From: a virus | IMG/VR virus record: IMGVR_UViG_3300045988_163836 | DNA: 60,226 bases | Direction: 5' to 3' (one strand) | Shown here: positions 54,636 through 60,226 of the stretch, one piece after another | How the letters are laid out: each line of letters opens with the position of its first letter | Position numbering within the stretch: position 1 is the stretch's first letter | Notes under the pieces: generated by a model | Database searches by the model: none | Told to the model about the DNA's origin: nothing | The model's input: the letters and a program-made list of their open reading frames with translations, nothing else | Made by a program: the position numbers and the translations under genes

Positions 54636-54708
54636 GCCGGCATAGCACAGTTGGTAGTGCAATTGATTTGTAATCAATAGGTCGGGGGTTCGAATCCGTC
54701 TGCCGGCT
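54636..54708 (+). tRNA. tRNA-Thr (UGU), no encoded CCA
   Basis: gccggca ta gcac-agttggta-gtgc a attga-tttgtaa-tcaat aggtc ggggg-ttcgaat-ccgtc tgccggc t. Confidence 0.7.
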
Positions 54709-54787
54709 CGCTATCATGTGAAAGCCTTCTCGTGGCGATAGTGTTTTAACTAATTTCACAATTATTTATTAAAGGAGTCATTTAGAT

Positions 54788-55423
54788 ATGGCATACATTT
54801 ATTAGATAATAAATAATATTAATGGAAAAATTTATGTTGGTAAAACAGTAAAAAATAATATTTAGGAACGTTGGAAAGAACATCTTAAAGATTATAAAAA
54901 ACCTAGATGTGAAAAACGTCCTTTATATGACGCAATGAATAAATATGGTTCAGAAAATTTTTCTATTAAAGAGTTAGAGGAATGTCCATTAGAAGAACTT
55001 AATGATAAAGAAGTTTATTGGATTGAAAAATTAGGTTCTTTTAAATATGGATATAACGCTACAATTGGCGGAGATGGCAAACAATATATTGACTATGATT
55101 TAGTATGCGAAACATATAAGAATTTACAATGTATTGTAGATACTGCTAAACAATTAAATATTAGTGAAGATTCAGTTTCTAAAATTTTAAAATTATATAA
55201 AATTGATATTATTCCTAATGCTAAAATAGTTCAAAATAAGTATGGGAAAATAATTAATATGTATGATTTAAATGATAATTATTTAAGGACTTTTCCATCA
55301 ACAACTGAAGCAGCTAAATTTATGGTAGAAAATAAATTAACTAATTGTAAAATGACTACTATAAAACAACATATTTCTGAAGTATGCAAATGTAAACGAA
55401 ATACAGCTGCTAAGTTTAAATGA
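54788..55423 (+). CDS. GIY-YIG homing endonuclease 2 (in-frame TAG)
   Basis: MAYIY-TAG-IINNINGKIYVGKT; paralog of the 29289 gene. A long hairpin lies downstream around 55463-55545. Confidence 0.7.
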
Positions 55424-55629
55424 AAATATGCTTAATTATTATACCATTAGCCAAGATTGGATAGTTAATAAAACCGTTTCTAGTTAATAGATTCTAGATG
55501 GCCGGGACTCAAAACTGCTGGCAATTCTAATCTTGGCTATTTTCTTTTATTTGAAAAAATTAAAAAAATAGTATATAATATATATACAAAATAAAGAAAA
55601 AAATAAATGAGAAAAAGGTGTTAAAAGTT

Positions 55630-55983
55630 ATGGAATATTCTCTGGATAAGTACAAGTATTTTATTCCCACTAAGGCAGATGGTACGCCGTATAAGGTTGT
55701 TGCAGTTTCTACTTATGCTGGTAGGACTGTGCGTGGTGTAGCCAAGTGTGATCCGAAGGATACATTTGATACTGAAAAGGGTAAGCAGCTTGCCGCAGCA
55801 CGTTGCCAGGCGAAGGTCAGTTCTCAGCGTCTGAAGCGTGCTACTAAGAAGCTTGATGAAGCTGCTAAGGCACTTGAGAAGGCACAGAAGTATTATGATG
55901 ATATGACTGTGTATTTCAATGATAGTGCAAGAGATAAGGAAATGTATGATAGCGTAGTTGAAAGACTCGCTAAGGAAATGTAA
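55630..55983 (+). CDS. Lys/Ala-rich small protein, atypically GC-rich
   Basis: Intact ORF with higher GC than the genome; followed by terminator gggtaattaattaccc (55991-56008). Confidence 0.5.
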   Translation: MEYSLDKYKYFIPTKADGTPYKVVAVSTYAGRTVRGVAKCDPKDTFDTEKGKQLAAARCQAKVSSQRLKRATKKLDEAAKALEKAQKYYDDMTVYFNDSARDKEMYDSVVERLAKEM

Positions 55984-56013
55984 TAAATAAGGGTAATTAA
56001 TTACCCTTTATAT

Positions 56014-56569
56014 CCGGGTGTAGTTCAGTTTGGTAGAACGCTTGATTTGGGAAAAGAGATTTTTGTCTAAAAAATATGTTAGATATTACTCAACAGAAAG
56101 GAACTGTAACAGAGTTAAGATGTATTCTTGATTTAACTAATCTTGGATATAGATGTTTAAAATCTGTTGATGAAAGTTCTAAATATGATGTAGTAGCTGA
56201 TATGGGGATGGGTAAATTTATCCGTATTCAATGTAAAACATCTTCTTGGGTTACTGATACAAAAGAACCTAATGTAGCTTTTGCAATTGCTACAAGTTGT
56301 ATTACCACTAATACAAAATCTACTACTCGTCATAAGTATTCAAAAGATGATATTGATTATTTTTATACTTGGTTTGAAGGCCAAGGATATTTAGTTTCCA
56401 TTGAAGAAGCTACTGGTGCAACTTTTAGATGGCGGTATGAATATCCTTCATCTGGTCAAAAACAGGGTATTCATATCGCTAATGATTACAAAATTGAGGA
56501 GGTCTTAAAGACAATCTAAGATTTTCCTGGATCAAGAGGCCGTGAGTTCAAGTCTCGCCACTCGGACCA
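56014..56569 (+). tRNA. tRNA-Pro (UGG) interrupted by about 480-nt ORF-containing intervening sequence
   Basis: 5' exon ccgggtg ta gttc-agtttggtag-aac g cttga tttggg. 3' exon from 56532: tcaag aggcc gtgag-ttcaagt-ctcgc cactcgg a cca. Junction helix tttgggaaaa/ttttcctgga plus ttgtct/agacaa. Confidence 0.7.
56076..56519 (+). CDS. intron-encoded Hjc/PD-(D/E)xK-like nuclease (paralog B)
   Basis: TELRCILDLTNLGYRCLKSV...YDVVADMGMGKFIRIQCK; fills the tRNA-Pro intervening sequence. Confidence 0.65.
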   Translation: MLDITQQKGTVTELRCILDLTNLGYRCLKSVDESSKYDVVADMGMGKFIRIQCKTSSWVTDTKEPNVAFAIATSCITTNTKSTTRHKYSKDDIDYFYTWFEGQGYLVSIEEATGATFRWRYEYPSSGQKQGIHIANDYKIEEVLKTI

Positions 56570-56918
56570 TCAGGGTTCTGTTAAAGATACATAATTGAAA
56601 AGGATTGATCTCCCTAAGTAGATTTGTATTGGAATGAAAAAATGAGGTCTAGATGACACAGATAACCTCCCCTGAACCATCCCTTTTGTTAGTAGGTTGT
56701 CGGGGTTAAATAACTAACAGTAAAGACACACGCAGCAAATATTAGATAAAATCTATGTGTTATTGGTTCAAGTCCAATATTATCTCTGTTAAGATAATTC
56801 ATCCAAAGGGTAGGATAATAGTTAATTTATTTAATGTGTCTTGTAAATTTGAATTTTAAAAAAAAATATTATATAATATATAAGTAATCAATAAGAAATT
56901 ATTAATTACTTATAATTT

Positions 56919-56993
56919 ACTGGTGTCGCCAAGCGGTAAGGCACAGGACTTTGACTCCTGTATTCGTTGGTTCAAATCCAGCCACCAGTGCCA
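56919..56993 (+). tRNA. tRNA-Gln (UUG)
   Basis: actggtg tc gcc-aagcggtaa-ggc a cagga-ctttgac-tcctg tattc gttgg-ttcaaat-ccagc caccagt g cca; leader is shared with the tRNA at 24079. Confidence 0.8.
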
Positions 56994-56997
56994 ATAT

Positions 56998-57525
56998 AGG
57001 TCAGTACAGTGTAATTGGTATCACCCCTGACTGGTTTGAAGGAGGTTCATTTTGTAGTCAAAAAGTAACAAAGATAAAGGACGTTTTGGATTAGCTATGG
57101 CTATTGCCTATTTCACTGACAAAGGCTATACAGTCTCAACTCCTTTAAATGATACTCAGTGGTATGATTTAATTATAGAACGAAATGGTAAATTTTAGAC
57201 AGTTCAATGTAAATGTACTGGAAGTTAGGATAATGTTATAATGTTAAGATCTTGCGGTGGTACTAAAGGAACTGTTTATGATAATGTTTTAAATCATTCT
57301 GAGCTTGATTTATTATTTTGTATAGATGTTCAAGGTAATATGTATGTAATTCCATTAAAAGAAATTTTAAAATCAGGAAATACAAAATAGATTACTTTAC
57401 GAACAGCTCCAACAAGCAATAATCAAGGCTTTTAGACTTATAAATTTCGAGTTCGATTCTCGTTTCAAACACCATAAATCAGGTGCTTAATGCGGTTGTT
57501 GGTTCAAGTCCAACCTGGCCTACCA
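56998..57525 (+). tRNA. tRNA-Tyr (GUA, type II) interrupted by about 440-nt ORF-containing intervening sequence
   Basis: 5' exon aggtcag ta c agtg-taattggta-tcac c cctga ctg (to 57033). 3' exon from 57475: taaa tcagg + arm tgcttaatgcggtt + gttgg-ttcaagt-ccaac ctggcct a cca. The spliced loop CUGUAAA matches the Tyr consensus. Confidence 0.6.
57052..57477 (+). CDS. intron-encoded Hjc/PD-(D/E)xK-like nuclease (paralog C, TTG start, 6 TAG)
   Basis: KGRFGLAMAIAYFTDKGYTV...YDLIIERNGKF-TAG-TVQCK; SD aaggagg; the TAA stop overlaps the first nt of the 3' exon. Confidence 0.55.
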
Positions 57526-57584
57526 TTTAAAATAAAATTTGAAAATTTAAAAAAAATATTATATAATATATATATAATAAATGA

Positions 57585-58925
57585 ACTTTAAAAATTAAAT
57601 AATAATTTAATTACGGTTATAGTACAACTCAGTGCAGACTTAACACCATAAGGCTGAGAAATCGATCCACTCTGGCGGAGATTGTAGAATGGAATATTCA
57701 AAGGATACTTTGAAATTATTTCTAAATCTTTTGTAGTGATACATTAGATTCACGCATCGAAGGATGCGGCTACGGGGAGATTGTGCTGGGATAATCGCAT
57801 TTAAGGTCCTGTTCTTCTCGCTTCCATAATAGACAGCATTGTTAACAGCAATGCCGAATCCTTGTTAGGGTAAGGCTGGTAACCTTGCCAAACCAAGGAA
57901 ATACCAATAAGGAAGTTGGCAATTGATGTGGCGTAATCTACTATAAGAGAAGGTCAAGGGTCAAGTAGCCGAAATTTGCCAAGACAGTATGATATTAATT
58001 TAGTAAAAATTATTGGTAATACTATTCTGAATGGTCGGTGAAAGATAGAGGTAGTCAGTCCTCTGTGAGATTTGGCTTAGGCCGGGGCAAGAAGTTATGA
58101 AGTCGCTATTCATAGCTCAGACTTGTTTCCTTACTTACCTAATAAAATGAAGATTATTAACCAGTAGGGCGAAGGTCCGTAGTATAATTGTAATTAAGTT
58201 ATTATTTAATAACTTACGATTTCCTTTCCTGTTAAAAATAAATCATTAAATGATTTATTTGAAATGAATTATGTAGATGCTAATATAGGCGGTGGCTTGC
58301 ACATTAACCTCATTGGGTAGCCAATCCCACATCGTTAGAGGCCTCTGCGGAACCTGCTCCTATGGCTGTAGGGTTCTTACATAATCTAATCAAATAAGGT
58401 TGACTCGCCTGTTGTCCGGTGAAATGATATATCTGGAAACCGTACTGATACGTATCAGATATTTGATTAGCGTCCTAATCTTGGTTAATTAGGTAGTGGA
58501 ACAATACGCTAAACCAGCCAGCTCTCCACTATAAATAAGCTGAATAGGGATGTTTGTGGCTCACATACCAAAAAGCCATTACCAAGTGCGGAAATAAGAT
58601 CCTTGGTAGTCTCTCATATAAAGGCGTGGAAAATGAGACGTAATGGACTACGAAAAAGACATATAATAGGTAGAGTTATTATTTATTGTGTTAGATTATA
58701 GAATGAAAATCCTATTATTAAAAACTGTATATTCTACTTCCTATTGGTAGGTATTATAAGTTTAATGGTAGGTCAAAAATTTAATATATTCCAATAGCTA
58801 ATGAATGAGGTAGGCTGAAGTACTTAGTGGCGTGGGCAGGCATAGAGGCGACCTATAAATGGTTAGTGGCTATGGTGTAGTTTATTCCTATTGGATATAT
58901 TAATTTTTGTAAATATATTCTACTG
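57585..58925 (+). ncRNA. large ORF-free structured RNA candidate (GOLLD/ROOL-like by size and context)
   Basis: About 1.3 kb with no ORF of 60 aa or more on either strand, locally GC-enriched and rich in complementary stretches. Preceded by promoter motif 57545-57580 and flanked by tRNAs. Confidence 0.45.
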
Positions 58926-59087
58926 AATAATTTGATTTTAAAAAAATTATTTAGTATAATATATTTACAAGATAAAGAGAAGTTAGGATAATTTCTCTAA
59001 GACAGTTTCAGTAAATTTTTATTAAAGATAATCATATGTTTTTTGGTTCATAAGAAGATACTTTATTAAACTGTCTTGTATATATAT

Positions 59088-59162
59088 TCCGGCTTTGGGT
59101 AACGGTTAGCTCAGCTGACTCTAAATCAGCAAGTCTCAGTTCGACTCTGAGAGCCGGTGCCA
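59088..59162 (+). tRNA. amber suppressor tRNA (anticodon CUA), glutamine-type identity
   Basis: tccggct tt gggt-aacggtta-gctc a gctga-ctctaaa-tcagc aagt ctcag-ttcgact-ctgag agccggt g cca. Loop CUCUAAA; weak 1-72 pair (U-U) and G73, as in tRNA-Gln. Confidence 0.8.
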
Positions 59163-59261
59163 GGCGTAAGGCTCACGCAGCAAATTTACTTTTGAAAGTT
59201 CACCTAAAATGAATTGCTATTTTTCAAAATTGAGTCTTGATTTAATTAATATAGTTTATTT

Positions 59262-60085
59262 GCCGGTGTGGTGGAATGGTAGACACAAGGGACTTTTGAC
59301 TTAGCAAACGTTAAAATGGAGTGCCTAAGAGGAAACTCTTAGAGCAGAAGTTGGCTAAAACGGTGAATGGCTAAGAGAACGCCGTGCTAAGTTTTGGAAC
59401 ACATTCTAAAAAATTGGACGACACTCATTAAAATACCTTTTTTAATTTTTAAGTAATAATGAAAGAGAGGTAATATAAATGAGAACTGATATTTTAGAAC
59501 GCAAAGAAGAAATTGAGCAATGGATTACTGAAGGTAAAACTAAAGCTCAAATGGCAAGAGAATTGGGTTGTAATCCTAAAACAATTAATCCAGTATTAAA
59601 AAAGCTTGGTCTTGAATATGCTGGAAATCAAGGTTGTAAAGGATTGTCAAAACCCAATGGACATGAATTATCTTTGTTAGAATACTTAGAAAAAAGTATT
59701 GATATACAGAGTAATAAAGTAAGAAAAAAACTTCTTGATGAAGGTTATAAAGAGTACAAATGTGAATGTTGTGGATTAACCGAATGGTTAGGAGAACCAA
59801 TTCCTTTAGAACTTCATCATAAAGATGGAAATCATTTTAATAATGAATTAGATAATTTCCAATTATTATGCCCAAATTGTCATGCAAAAACATCTTCTTA
59901 TCGTGGAAAAAATTGTTCCAAATAAATGTGTAGAGAGTATATACCAACTATCTAAGTGCAAGTCGTGCATATGATAAAGACGTATTCCAGACTACAACAC
60001 AAAAATGTGGCTATGGTGACATAGAGTAGTAAGAAAATCCCTCGGTGGCAACACCATGCGGGTTCGAGTCCCGCCACCGGCACCA
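59262..60085 (+). tRNA. tRNA-Leu (UAA, type II) with about 738-nt group-I-like intron carrying an HNH ORF
   Basis: 5' exon gccggtg tg gtg-gaatggtaga-cac a aggga ctt (to 59295). 3' exon from 60034: aaaa tccct + arm cggtggcaacaccat + gcggg-ttcgagt-cccgc caccggc a cca. Insertion lies between 34 and 35, the classic tRNA-Leu(UAA) intron site; about 290 nt of non-coding intron sequence flanks the ORF. Confidence 0.65.
59479..59925 (+). CDS. HNH homing endonuclease (intron-encoded)
   Basis: CxxC...ELHHKDGNHFNNELDNFQLLCPNCH; intact, with no TAG. Confidence 0.75.
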   Translation: MRTDILERKEEIEQWITEGKTKAQMARELGCNPKTINPVLKKLGLEYAGNQGCKGLSKPNGHELSLLEYLEKSIDIQSNKVRKKLLDEGYKEYKCECCGLTEWLGEPIPLELHHKDGNHFNNELDNFQLLCPNCHAKTSSYRGKNCSK

Positions 60086-60226
60086 TTAAACAATAGTAGC
60101 TAACGGCAGTTGAACAGACGGGTCGGGGCTAACATAGAAAGGTTAGCAGGTAGTACGGCGGTAGGTAACAAATCCGCAAGTCGAAATGAGTCGGGAAATC
60201 CGAATGATACGGCTTAGATGTTTTCC

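Noticed and set aside
22957-60226. CRISPR array search
   Set aside because: No regularly spaced direct repeats of 25-40 nt with unique spacers are visible. The only repeats are the promoter motif, the roughly 65-nt pre-tRNA element and the intragenic coiled-coil and Gly repeats.

Overview
The window is a 60 kb stretch of an AT-rich (about 30% GC) tailed-phage genome. All credible genes lie on the + strand, and the Shine-Dalgarno and tail-fibre features suggest a Firmicutes-type host. Coordinates derived by hand may be off by 1-2 nt.

The dominant signal is stop-codon recoding: in-frame TAG occurs throughout many genes and is read as Gln (code-15-like). The evidence is a MetK alignment position, the HNH motif NFQLLCPNCH, and homologous C-termini revealed only when TAG is read through. 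TAA and TGA remain stops. An amber-suppressor tRNA (anticodon CUA, glutamine-like identity elements) is encoded at 59088-59162. The six-frame ORF track therefore fragments most recoded genes (late, structural and HEG genes); merged coordinates are given below.

Layout:
- 1-20.6 kb: early/middle genes, including a phage metK, a P-loop kinase, a metallophosphoesterase, nucleotidyltransferases and a three-member Zn-ribbon paralog family. Each paralog sits behind an identical terminator-promoter cassette.
- 20.7-23.6 kb: a radical-SAM/SPASM enzyme, a Cys-rich 216-aa peptide and a TAG-rich ORF, forming a RiPP-like locus.
- 23.6-31.2 kb: an RNA island with at least 16 tRNA or tRNA-like genes, HNH and GIY-YIG homing endonucleases, repeated leader elements and long structured non-coding blocks.
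- 31.3-44.9 kb: tail-fibre/structural genes carrying HylP-like N-terminal domains.
- 44.9-54.6 kb: a second peptide/glycan-modification cluster with three rSAM enzymes (two with SPASM), GT2 and GT8 glycosyltransferases, a Ser/His/Tyr-rich peptide and a paralog triad.
- 54.6-60.2 kb: further tRNAs, a roughly 1.3 kb ORF-free structured RNA, and a tRNA-Leu(UAA) carrying a group-I-like intron with an HNH ORF.

The most unusual feature is a set of three tRNA genes (Val, Pro, Tyr) whose anticodon loops are interrupted by 440-480-nt inserts. Each insert is almost entirely a paralogous Hjc/PD-(D/E)xK-like nuclease ORF, leaving no room for a group I core, and each is closed by a long helix extending the anticodon stem. 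A fourth tRNA carries a short ORF-less insert of the same architecture, and two paralogous tRNA-like units may be permuted or truncated.
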